DNA of 50,735 nucleotides from Gemmatimonadota bacterium (GTDB lineage Bacteria > Gemmatimonadota > Gemmatimonadetes > Gemmatimonadales > GWC2-71-9): assembly GCA_016199245.1 (NCBI GenBank), contig JACQHC010000150.1:1-50735 (forward strand), written 5' to 3'. Under the pieces are notes generated by a model that saw nothing but the letters and a program-made list of their open reading frames with translations, was not told the origin of the DNA and ran no database searches. Numbering within the stretch: position 1 is the first letter of the stretch; the number at the start of each line of letters is the position of its first letter. Below, piece after piece: positions 28,206 to 35,845 of the stretch. The translations under genes and the position numbers were made by a program.

Positions 28206-28280
28206 CGGCGAGCGCTGAGCAGGCTTCGCGTTCAACGTAGGATCTCTGATCGAGGAACGGCAAAACCAGAGTTCAGCGTT

Positions 28281-28371
28281 CGGACATCGAGCATCGGACG
28301 TCGAGCATCGGGCATCGAGCATCGGCCATCGAGCATCGGACATCGGACATCAGACATCGGACATCGAGCAT
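28281..28371. repeat. 13-copy heptamer tandem array (CG[GA][AG]CAT consensus)
   Basis: cggacat cgagcat cggacgt cgagcat cgggcat cgagcat cggccat cgagcat cggacat cggacat cagacat cggacat cgagcat. Confidence 0.95.
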
Positions 28372-28398
28372 CGAACGAACGGACAACGGAGACCATAG

Positions 28399-28956
28399 AT
28401 GAGACACTATCTGATCCCGCTTCTCCCGGTCTTGGCCCTCACCAGCTGCGGCTACAACCGCATCCAGTCGCTGGACGAGCAAGTCAACGCGTTCCGCAGC
28501 CAGATCGAAGTCCAGTTGCAGCGCAGGTCGGATCTCGTGCCGAATCTGGTCCAAACCGTGCAAGGCTACGCCCAGCAAGAGCAGCAGATCTTCACGGCCG
28601 TGGCCGAGGCCCGTGCCAAGCTCGGCGGCGCGATCCAGACCGGCGACCTGGGGCAGATGGCGGAGGCCAATCAGGGCCTCACGTCGGCGCTGGGCCGCCT
28701 GCTCGCGATCGCGGAAGCGTACCCCCAGCTCAAGTCGAATGAGAACTTCCGCGCCTTGCAGGACCAGCTCGAGGGCACGGAGAACCGCATCGCGACCGCG
28801 CGCCAGGATTACAACGGCGCCGTGCGGGACTACAACGGGTTCATTCGCCAGTTTCCCCAAGTGTTGACGGCGAAAGTGATCGGGGCGAAGGAGCGGGAGT
28901 ACTTTGAGCTGACGAGCCCGGGCGCGGCGGAGGTGCCGAAGGTGGACTTTCGGTAG
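28399..28956 (+). CDS. lemA: LemA family lipoprotein
   Basis: LTSC lipobox then GYN; QLQRRSDLVPNLVQTVQGYA; EAYPQLKSNENF; QLEGTENRIATAR. Confidence 0.95.
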   Translation: MRHYLIPLLPVLALTSCGYNRIQSLDEQVNAFRSQIEVQLQRRSDLVPNLVQTVQGYAQQEQQIFTAVAEARAKLGGAIQTGDLGQMAEANQGLTSALGRLLAIAEAYPQLKSNENFRALQDQLEGTENRIATARQDYNGAVRDYNGFIRQFPQVLTAKVIGAKEREYFELTSPGAAEVPKVDFR

Positions 28957-28958
28957 GC

Positions 28959-29050
28959 AAGCCGACGCAGGCCGACGATGGCTGACGAATGGCGACATTG
29001 GGCGGGAGCAACGTCGGCTGTCGTCGGCTATCGTCGCCCTCCGTCGACTA
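28959..29050. repeat. Inverted pair of 10-bp-period arrays (GCCGAC/GTCGGC) between convergent genes
   Basis: gccgac/gccgac/gctgac/ggcgac at 28961-28996; gtcggc/gtcggc/gtcgcc/gtcgac at 29013-29048. Confidence 0.8.
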
Positions 29051-29929
29051 CTTGATTTCCACCCCGGCCTGCCGTTCGATCACCTTGATCAGCTCCACGT
29101 GATCCGCCTCCTCACCCAGCTCCTTCCGCGCCTCGCCGAACACCCGTTTCGCCATCACGATCGCCTCGCTCGCCACTCTCGTCTGCCGCAGCACGTCCAC
29201 CGCGATGCCGAGGTCCTTGTCGAGCAGCGCGAGGCGGAACGTGCGCGGCCACGCCCGGGTCACCACGCGTTGAGGGATGAGGTTCTCCGTCACGTTGGAC
29301 CGGCCGCTCGAGGCGTTGATCACCTCGAGAGCCTTGGCCGCCGGCACGCCGAGCTTCACCAGCGCGGCCAGCCCCTCCCCCGCCGCCTGGATTCCGACCG
29401 CGAGAAGCGCGTTGTTCACTGCCTTGAGCGCGTGGCCCGTGCCCACGGGACCCACGTGCACGATCGTGGCCGCGAAGGCCTCGACCAGCGGGCGGGCCTG
29501 TTCCACCCAGCGGGCTTCACCACCCAGCATCACGGTGAGCCTCCCGGCTTCGGCCCCTGACGTACCACCGCTCACCGGCGCATCCACGAACCCCACGCCC
29601 ACCGCGGCAAGCCGCGCCGCGACGTCTCGCGACGTGGCGGGATCACCCGACGTCAGATCCACCAGCAGCTGCCCGGAGCGCCAGGCGGGGGCTGTGGCCT
29701 CTACCACCTCGCGAACTTCCCGCGACGTGGGCAGGCACGTCATCACCACGTCGGCACTGCGGACGAGCTCGACCGCCGATGGGGCGATCGTTGCGCCAGT
29801 CTCGGCCGCGAACGCCCTGGCTCGCTGTTCGGTGCGGTTCCACACCACGGCGCCGAATTTCTTGACGAGGTGCCGCGCCATCGGCCGCCCGATGGCCCCA
29901 AGTCCGATAAAGCCGATTCCCTCGCTCAT
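29048..29929 (-). CDS. NAD(P)-dependent beta-hydroxyacid dehydrogenase (3-hydroxyisobutyrate/2-hydroxy-3-oxopropionate reductase family)
   Basis: IGFIGLGAIG, FVDAPVSGG, GTGHALKAVNN and LLDKDL motifs. Confidence 0.9.
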   Translation of the reverse strand: MSEGIGFIGLGAIGRPMARHLVKKFGAVVWNRTEQRARAFAAETGATIAPSAVELVRSADVVMTCLPTSREVREVVEATAPAWRSGQLLVDLTSGDPATSRDVAARLAAVGVGFVDAPVSGGTSGAEAGRLTVMLGGEARWVEQARPLVEAFAATIVHVGPVGTGHALKAVNNALLAVGIQAAGEGLAALVKLGVPAAKALEVINASSGRSNVTENLIPQRVVTRAWPRTFRLALLDKDLGIAVDVLRQTRVASEAIVMAKRVFGEARKELGEEADHVELIKVIERQAGVEIK

Positions 29930-29985
29930 CCCACCCCCTCCGACGCCGCTCCTGACAACTGACCCCGGACTCTCGCCCGGGGTCG

Positions 29986-30086
29986 TATGCCGTCATGCCG
30001 TCTCTGCTGTCCTGCCGTCTCTGCCGTTCTGCATCTGCTGCCGCTCCTGCCGCTCCTGTCACGGTCGCCCCAGCTGCCCTCCTGCC
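29986..30086. repeat. 8/9-bp-period TGCCG array downstream of atpH
   Basis: atgccgtc atgccgtct ctgctgtc ctgccgtct ctgccgtt ... ctgccgctc ctgccgctc. Confidence 0.75.
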
Positions 30087-30626
30087 CTACCCTCCCAGCA
30101 TCTGCCTTCTCAACACCGCCAGCCGTCGCCGCACCGACCCGTCCATGATGCGGTCCCCGATCTTCACCACGACCCCGCCGATGATTCGCGGATCCTCGCG
30201 TACGTGCGGCACGACGTCCTTGCCGGTGATCTCGCGCAGGCGACGCGTGATCTCCGCCACCAGCGCCTGATCGGGCGCGCGAGCCAGCGTGACGCCGGCG
30301 TGGACGCGGTTCAGCTTCACGTCCACCAACGCCTGATACTGGACGCTGATCGCTCCGAACAGCCCCTGCCGGCCCCGTTTCACGACACCGGCCAGGAACC
30401 GAATGAACGGCTCCGGCGCCCGGCGGGCGAGCGCGCTGCGCAACAGCTCCTGCTTCCGCGTCTTCGGGACGCGCGGGGTCTCGAGAGCCAGTTGGATCCG
30501 CTTGTCCGCGGCAATGGCGCCCGCCACGGCGTCCAGGAGGTCCGCGAACCGCACCGTGTCGCCGGTTCGCTCGCCGGCCGCGAACAGCGCCTCCGCGTAG
30601 TTTCGGGCGATCGTCGGCTCTCTCAA
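30087..30626 (-). CDS. atpH: ATP synthase F1 delta subunit
   Basis: IARNYAEALF and DPRIIGGVVVKIGDRIMDGSVRRRL motifs. Confidence 0.95.
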   Translation of the reverse strand: MREPTIARNYAEALFAAGERTGDTVRFADLLDAVAGAIAADKRIQLALETPRVPKTRKQELLRSALARRAPEPFIRFLAGVVKRGRQGLFGAISVQYQALVDVKLNRVHAGVTLARAPDQALVAEITRRLREITGKDVVPHVREDPRIIGGVVVKIGDRIMDGSVRRRLAVLRRQMLGG

Positions 30627-31177
30627 CGACCCTTCCCGAGCGTGCTCAGGTACTCGGTCACGAGCCGGCGATTGGCATCGTCATCCAACCGTTCCTCTAC
30701 CAGCTTCGAGGCCGCGGCCAGCGACAGGTCTACCGCTTCACGGCGCAGTTCGCGCACGGCGCGCTCGCGCTCCGCGCCGATCTCCCGTTTGGCGCGCTCC
30801 AGCACCTGGTCCTGTTCCTGCCGTGCCCGCGCCAGCAACGCCTCGCGCTCCTTCTGCGCCACGGCCTTCGCTTCGTTGAGAATGGCGTGCGCCTCGCCCT
30901 TCGCCCCGGCGAGCAGTTTCTTGTGCTCCTCCAGCGCCGCGCGCGCTTCCGTGTTCATCCGCTCCGCGTCCTCGAGCTGCGCCTTGATCTTCCGCTCCCG
31001 CTCCTCGGTGGCCCGCAGGATGGCGGGCCAGGCGAACCACTTCAGCGCAAAGAAGAGCGCGACAAAGACAAACCACGTCCAGAAGAACAGCCCGAAGTTC
31101 ACCTCGAACGGGGAGGCGGGCCCGGCGGCGTGCTCCTCCTGCGCCGCGGCGATCAGATACAGCAACTGAGACGTCAT
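30623..31177 (-). CDS. atpF: ATP synthase Fo subunit b
   Basis: FFWT...LKWFAWPAIL...EERERKI coiled coil; operon position. Confidence 0.95.
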   Translation of the reverse strand: MTSQLLYLIAAAQEEHAAGPASPFEVNFGLFFWTWFVFVALFFALKWFAWPAILRATEERERKIKAQLEDAERMNTEARAALEEHKKLLAGAKGEAHAILNEAKAVAQKEREALLARARQEQDQVLERAKREIGAERERAVRELRREAVDLSLAAASKLVEERLDDDANRRLVTEYLSTLGKGR

Positions 31178-31187
31178 CGCGACCCGC

Positions 31188-31484
31188 TTACACGAACTTG
31201 AACAACAACGCGAACACCAGCGCGATGATCGTGGCGCCTTCGAGCAGCACTGCGATGATCAACGCCGCGCCGCGGATCTCCGCGCCCGCCTCCGGCTGAC
31301 GCGCGATCGCCTCGGCAGTCTGCCCGCCGATTCGGCCCAACCCCAGCCCGGCCCCGATGATCGCGAGGCCGATGCCGATCCCGGCACCGAGTAGCGAGTT
31401 CGTATTCTTGGCCGCCTCGACCATGGCCTCGGTCTCGGTCATTTGCGCGGCGGCTTCCTGGAGCAACGCGAGAAGCTGATGCAT
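31188..31484 (-). CDS. atpE: ATP synthase Fo subunit c (H+-type signature)
   Basis: GAGLGLG, ARQPE loop and LLEG (conserved Glu, without the Na+-type Gln and Ser/Thr). Confidence 0.95.
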   Translation of the reverse strand: MHQLLALLQEAAAQMTETEAMVEAAKNTNSLLGAGIGIGLAIIGAGLGLGRIGGQTAEAIARQPEAGAEIRGAALIIAVLLEGATIIALVFALLFKFV

Positions 31485-31509
31485 GTGGATCCATCCTCGT
31501 CACTGGGGA

Positions 31510-31667
31510 GAGCATCGTTTCGCTGCGCTTATCGCGAGCACCGCCGTCTCTCCGTACAGCCGGCTCCACGATCCCCCGCCGATGACCTCTCGGTCAGCAG
31601 GGCTCGCCGGTCGGTCGACCGGCTACGATGCGGGAGCGATGCCAAGCGCGCGGATCGCTCGCCAAGT
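31510..31667 (-). ncRNA. Candidate structured cis-regulatory RNA in the atpE leader
   Basis: Nested stems including TGACC-GAGA-GGTCA with a GNRA loop, a GCATCGT/ACGATGC closing stem and an alternative GCCGGTC hairpin. Confidence 0.45.
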
Positions 31668-31684
31668 CTCATCCCTACCCTACC

Positions 31685-31830
31685 GGCGGCATGGGCCGCA
31701 CCCGCCAACCCTTGCCACCCCACCCGCGGAATGGGCGGCATGTGCCCCCTGCCGTCTATGCCACGTACCGCGCAATCCTGCCTGCCTTCACGTGCCGCCT
31801 ATGCCGCTCATCCCGCCCATGCCGCCCTTC
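31685..31830. repeat. 9-bp-period GCGGCAT/ATGCCGC array after the atpB stop
   Basis: gtgccgcct atgccgctc atcccgccc atgccgccc, with opposite-orientation gcggcatgg units. Confidence 0.7.
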
Positions 31831-31834
31831 GTCA

Positions 31835-32689
31835 CTAGTGCTCATGCTGCATGAGTCCAATGAACACGCTCGTCAACAACGCGAACACGTACGCCTGCAG
31901 GAAGGCGACAAACAGCTCCAGCAACATGATCCCCAGCACCAACCCCGCCGTCACGAAGCCGATCCCCCAGTTCCACACCTCCAGATGCCCGAACAGGAAG
32001 ATCAGGCCGAACAGCGACAGGATCACGAAGTGCCCGGCCGTCATGTTCCCGAACAACCGCACCGCCAGCGCGAACGGCTTCACGAACTTGCCGAGGATCT
32101 CGATGGGTCCCATGGCAATGGACATCGCCAGGGCGCCCGCGCCGCTGAGCCCGGGGGCCCTGGGGAAGATCGTCCGCAGGTAACCTCTGGGCCCCAGCGC
32201 TCGAAACCCGCTGATCTCGATCGTGAGAAACGCCGTGATGGCGAGTGCCCCCGTGACGGCCACGTTGCCCGTGGGCGTGGAGCCGTGCGGCACGAGGCCG
32301 AGCAGGTTCGAGTAGAGAATGAAGAAGAACAGCGCCATGATGTAGGGCGCGAACTTCTCCCCCCCGTGCCCGATGTTCGCGATGGCGATGTCGTCCCGCA
32401 CGAACAGCACCATGGCCTCGATCGCGTTCGCGAAGCCCCGCGGCGCGCGCTCACCGGCCCGCTGCCGCTCGAGCTTCCGCCCCGCGATCCACATCGTGAG
32501 AAACACGAGTACGGCGGCGATGATCAGGAAGATGACGTGCTTGGTGGGAGTCAGGTTGACCGTCAACGGCCCCAGATGGACGTCCGGCCAGCGATGCCAG
32601 GAGATGGAAAAGAACGGATCGATGCCGATCGCGTAGGCATCGGCCGTATGGTGCATCACCACTTCACCGATGTTCGGTGCTTGCGTCAT
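31835..32689 (-). CDS. atpB: ATP synthase Fo subunit a
   Basis: FFFILYSNLLGLVP, KPFALAVRLFGNMTAGH and LELFVAFLQAYVF motifs. Confidence 0.97.
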   Translation of the reverse strand: MTQAPNIGEVVMHHTADAYAIGIDPFFSISWHRWPDVHLGPLTVNLTPTKHVIFLIIAAVLVFLTMWIAGRKLERQRAGERAPRGFANAIEAMVLFVRDDIAIANIGHGGEKFAPYIMALFFFILYSNLLGLVPHGSTPTGNVAVTGALAITAFLTIEISGFRALGPRGYLRTIFPRAPGLSGAGALAMSIAMGPIEILGKFVKPFALAVRLFGNMTAGHFVILSLFGLIFLFGHLEVWNWGIGFVTAGLVLGIMLLELFVAFLQAYVFALLTSVFIGLMQHEH

Positions 32690-33027
32690 CTGAGAAGCCG
32701 CGTCTCCATGATCAACAAGGGAATCACCACGCCGACGTACCCGAGCGCCGAGGGCAGCGGATGGAACAGCTCACGATCCACGGTCACTGCGACGGCGAAC
32801 AGCACCACGCCGAGCAACCGCAAGCCGATCCCGAGGCCCCACCGCTTCATCAGCTCGGGAAACGGCCTGGCAAGCGCCGGCCGCAGCGCGGCGCCGGCCG
32901 CCACCTGGATCGCCGTCGCGAGCAGCCCGAACGCCAGCGCGCCGGGAATCGCGCTACGCCCCCAAAACAACCAGGCCATGGACGTGGCGACTGCGGTCAA
33001 CCCGAGTCCCAGCGCCGCCTCGGTCAC
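32686..33027 (-). CDS. ATP synthase protein I-like membrane protein
   Basis: Four hydrophobic helices immediately upstream of atpB with an ATGA-type overlap. Confidence 0.7.
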   Translation of the reverse strand: MTEAALGLGLTAVATSMAWLFWGRSAIPGALAFGLLATAIQVAAGAALRPALARPFPELMKRWGLGIGLRLLGVVLFAVAVTVDRELFHPLPSALGYVGVVIPLLIMETRLLR

Positions 33028-33305
33028 CGATCCGCCGGTCCACCGGTCCGACGACCCGTCTTCCTCCGCCGATCGGCCGCGTCCTGCTCCGCCTCGGCCT
33101 TGAGCTTCCAGTAGACGTTCAGGAAACTGAGAACCGCTCCCGCGAGCGTGCCCACCACGGTGAACAGCGGCGTCGTTCCCAGCCAACGGTCGAGCCCAAA
33201 CCCGGCCGCCGCGAACAGCACAACGCCGCCCGCAAATGTGCAACCCAGGCCAACGTACTTGTAGCCCAGACCGAGCTCGCGACCTGCCGGGGCGGGAGGC
33301 TCCAT
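33024..33305 (-). CDS. AtpZ/AtpI family protein
   Basis: GFGLDRWLGTTPLFTVVG motif; first gene of the atp operon. Confidence 0.85.
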   Translation of the reverse strand: MEPPAPAGRELGLGYKYVGLGCTFAGGVVLFAAAGFGLDRWLGTTPLFTVVGTLAGAVLSFLNVYWKLKAEAEQDAADRRRKTGRRTGGPADR

Positions 33306-33393
33306 GGGCCGCGCGAAATGTCTCGCCTTGTGAAAAGTTTCGCAAGCAAGTCGGCGGTGGCTAAAAGCCGTCGAAGAGGATACGATTTGCTCA

Positions 33394-33490
33394 ACGGCAT
33401 AACGGCAACACGGCATGACCGCATGCCGTTTCCTGCCGTGGCGGTAGGGAGTGGTTGGGGTTGGGCTGCCGTCCTGCCGTCCGAGCCGCA
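33394..33490. repeat. 8-bp-period CGGCA/TGCCG inverted arrays in the divergent atp/moxR promoter region
   Basis: acggcata acggcaac acggcatg accgcatg ... tgccgtcc tgccgtcc. Confidence 0.75.
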
Positions 33491-33520
33491 AGTCAGAATC
33501 GTGCCGGGAGATTGTCTCCG

Positions 33521-34543
33521 ATGGCCCAACCCGTCCGCGTTCAGGATCCCGATGTCGAATTGCTCGACCGGCTCGCCCAGGCGCGGCGCGACCTGCTCGA
33601 TCAGGTGCGCCACCGCATCATCGGCCAGCAGGACGTCCTGGAAGGGATCCTCACGGCGATCGTGTCCGGCGGGCACGCGCTCCTCGTGGGCGTCCCGGGG
33701 CTCGCGAAGACTCTGATGGTCCAGACCATCGCCGAGTCGCTGGCCCTCAAGTTCCACCGCATTCAGTTCACGCCGGATCTCATGCCGGGCGACATCACTG
33801 GGACCGAGATCATCGAGGAGGATCTCACGACCGGCAGGCGTAGCTTCCGGTTCGTTCACGGTCCGGTGTTCGCCAATATCGTGCTGGGCGACGAGATCAA
33901 CCGGACGCCTCCCAAGACACAGGCGGCGCTGCTTCAGGCCATGCAGGAGCACGAAGTGACCGTGGCCGGGAATACGTACGCTCTGCCGCGGCCGTTCTTC
34001 GTACTGGCCACACAGAATCCCATCGAGCAGGAAGGGACCTACCCTCTCCCCGAAGCCCAGCTCGACCGCTTCATGTTGGAGCTCCAGGTTCCGTACCCGG
34101 ACCGGGACCAGGAAGAGCGGATCGTGGAGGAGACCACGGGGGACGAAGACCACCCGGTCCGGGCCGTGCTCAAGGCCGATGACCTGATGGAAATGCAGCA
34201 CCTCGTGCGGCGCATCCCCGCGCCGAAGGTCGTGGTCCGGGCCGCCGTGTCGCTGGCCCGCATGACGCGGCCGCCCGACCCCGCTTCACCAGCGTTCGTC
34301 CGCGAGTATGTCAGTTGGGGAGCCGGCCCCCGGGCCTCCCAATTCCTGGTTTTGGGCGCGAAGGCCCGGGCGGCCCTCGACGGCCGGCCCATGGCCGATC
34401 TGGACGACCTCCGGAACGTCGCCCTCTCCGTCTTGCGCCACCGCGTGGTGGCCAACTTCGCCGCCGAGGCCGCCGGGCGCTCGGCCGACGACGTGTGCCA
34501 GGAGCTGGTGGACGGACGGGATTGGATGGGCGTGGGAGGATAG
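33521..34543 (+). CDS. moxR: MoxR family AAA+ ATPase
   Basis: GVPGLAKT, RIQFTPDLMPGDI, DEINRTPPKTQAALL and ATQNPIEQEGTYPLPEAQLDRF motifs. Confidence 0.95.
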   Translation: MAQPVRVQDPDVELLDRLAQARRDLLDQVRHRIIGQQDVLEGILTAIVSGGHALLVGVPGLAKTLMVQTIAESLALKFHRIQFTPDLMPGDITGTEIIEEDLTTGRRSFRFVHGPVFANIVLGDEINRTPPKTQAALLQAMQEHEVTVAGNTYALPRPFFVLATQNPIEQEGTYPLPEAQLDRFMLELQVPYPDRDQEERIVEETTGDEDHPVRAVLKADDLMEMQHLVRRIPAPKVVVRAAVSLARMTRPPDPASPAFVREYVSWGAGPRASQFLVLGAKARAALDGRPMADLDDLRNVALSVLRHRVVANFAAEAAGRSADDVCQELVDGRDWMGVGG

Positions 34544-34624
34544 GCGGATCGACGGATGGTCCAACGAGAAGCGCAGTGGGTATTCGTTGTCGCTATCCGC
34601 CCCACCGCCTATCCGCCCAGCCAC
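34538..34624. repeat. 8-bp-period GCGGAT/ATCCGC inverted arrays overlapping the moxR stop
   Basis: ggataggc ggatcgac ggatggtc ... ctatccgc cccaccgc ctatccgc ccagccac. Confidence 0.7.
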
Positions 34625-34701
34625 TTGAAACCCCCTGTTCGCCCTCCCCGTAGGTCCCGTAGCAAACTGAGACATCCTACCAGCTTCCAGACGGCGGGCT
34701 C

Positions 34702-35799
34702 ATGAAACGACGCACGAGGGCTATCATCGGGGCCGTCATCGTTTTCGGCGCGCTCGGCGTCGTGGCCGTCGTGCGGTCCAAGGCCGACGGGTCAGACGAC
34801 GGCACCACCAAGACCGTGACCGTCACGCGGGGCGAGATCGTGGACAAGGCCCTGGCGGTCGGCACCATCGAGCCCGAGATCGAGATCGAAGTCAAATCCC
34901 AGACCTCGGGTGTGGTCAGGGCCCGTTTCGCGGACGTGGGCGACTTCGTCCGGGCCGGCGATCCCCTGCTCGAGATCAAGCCGAATCCCACACCGCTCGA
35001 ACTGGCCGAGGCGAGGCGGCAAGTCGAATTGCGCCGGCTCGAGCTCGAGAATCTCAAGCGCGATGTGGCCCGGCTCTCCACGCTGAAGCAGCAAGGCCTG
35101 GTTTCCGACCAGGAATACGAAGGCACCCAGCGGCGTCTGTCCGAGGTCGAGGTCCAGGTCCAGATGGCGGCAGAACGCCTCTCCTTGCTGGAGAGCGGCA
35201 AGGTCAGGATCGCCGACGACAACATCGAAACCGTCGTCCGTTCCCCTATTACCGGGTTCATCCTGGAAAAGACGGTCGAGATCGGCGACCCGGTGGTGCC
35301 GCTCAGCACGTATCAAGAAGGCACCGTCCTGCTCACCATGGCCGCGATGAGCGATCTGCTGTTTCGCGGCACGGTGGACGAGATCGACGTGGGCAAGCTG
35401 AAGGAAGGGATGCCCGTCACGATCAAGGTCGGTGCGCTGCCGGATGCGAAGGTGGATGGTCGCGTGGCGAAGATCTCCCTCAAGGCCCGGAAGCAGGACA
35501 ATGCCACCGTGTTCCCGGTTGAGATCGCGCTGGTGGACGCACACGGTGCCGTATTGCGCGCGGGCTACTCGGCCAACGCCGACATCATCATCGCGCGGCG
35601 CGACTCCGCCCTCACGATCCCCGAGCGGCTCGTGACCTTCGCCGGAGACTCGGCGACCGTCACGGTGCTGCTGCCGGACGGGAAGACCGAGTTGCGCAAG
35701 ATCACCACCGGCCTGTCCGACGCGCTCAACGTCGAGGTGCTCTCTGGACTGACCGAGGGAGAGAAGGTCGTGGAGCCGCCGCCGAGACAGATACGGTGA
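34702..35799 (+). CDS. Efflux periplasmic adaptor subunit (MacA/HlyD-like)
   Basis: N-terminal TM; EVKSQTSGVV...GDFV lipoyl half; coiled coil; RSPITGFI and VDEIDVGKL motifs. Confidence 0.9.
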   Translation: MKRRTRAIIGAVIVFGALGVVAVVRSKADGSDDGTTKTVTVTRGEIVDKALAVGTIEPEIEIEVKSQTSGVVRARFADVGDFVRAGDPLLEIKPNPTPLELAEARRQVELRRLELENLKRDVARLSTLKQQGLVSDQEYEGTQRRLSEVEVQVQMAAERLSLLESGKVRIADDNIETVVRSPITGFILEKTVEIGDPVVPLSTYQEGTVLLTMAAMSDLLFRGTVDEIDVGKLKEGMPVTIKVGALPDAKVDGRVAKISLKARKQDNATVFPVEIALVDAHGAVLRAGYSANADIIIARRDSALTIPERLVTFAGDSATVTVLLPDGKTELRKITTGLSDALNVEVLSGLTEGEKVVEPPPRQIR

Positions 35800-35800
35800 A

Positions 35801-35842
35801 AAGCCAAAGGCGTGAGGGGTGAGGAGTAAGGGGTAAGGGGGG
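35801..35842. repeat. Heptamer AGG[GA]GT[GA] array
   Basis: aggcgtg aggggtg aggagta aggggta agggggg. Confidence 0.75.
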
Positions 35843-35845
35843 CCA

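Noticed and set aside
28281-28378. Possible CRISPR array
   Set aside because: Contiguous 7-bp units with no unique spacers, and no cas genes in the window.
31188-31484. Na+-translocating ATP synthase
   Set aside because: Subunit c lacks the Gln and the Glu-Ser/Thr Na+-binding signature (it has GLG and LEG).
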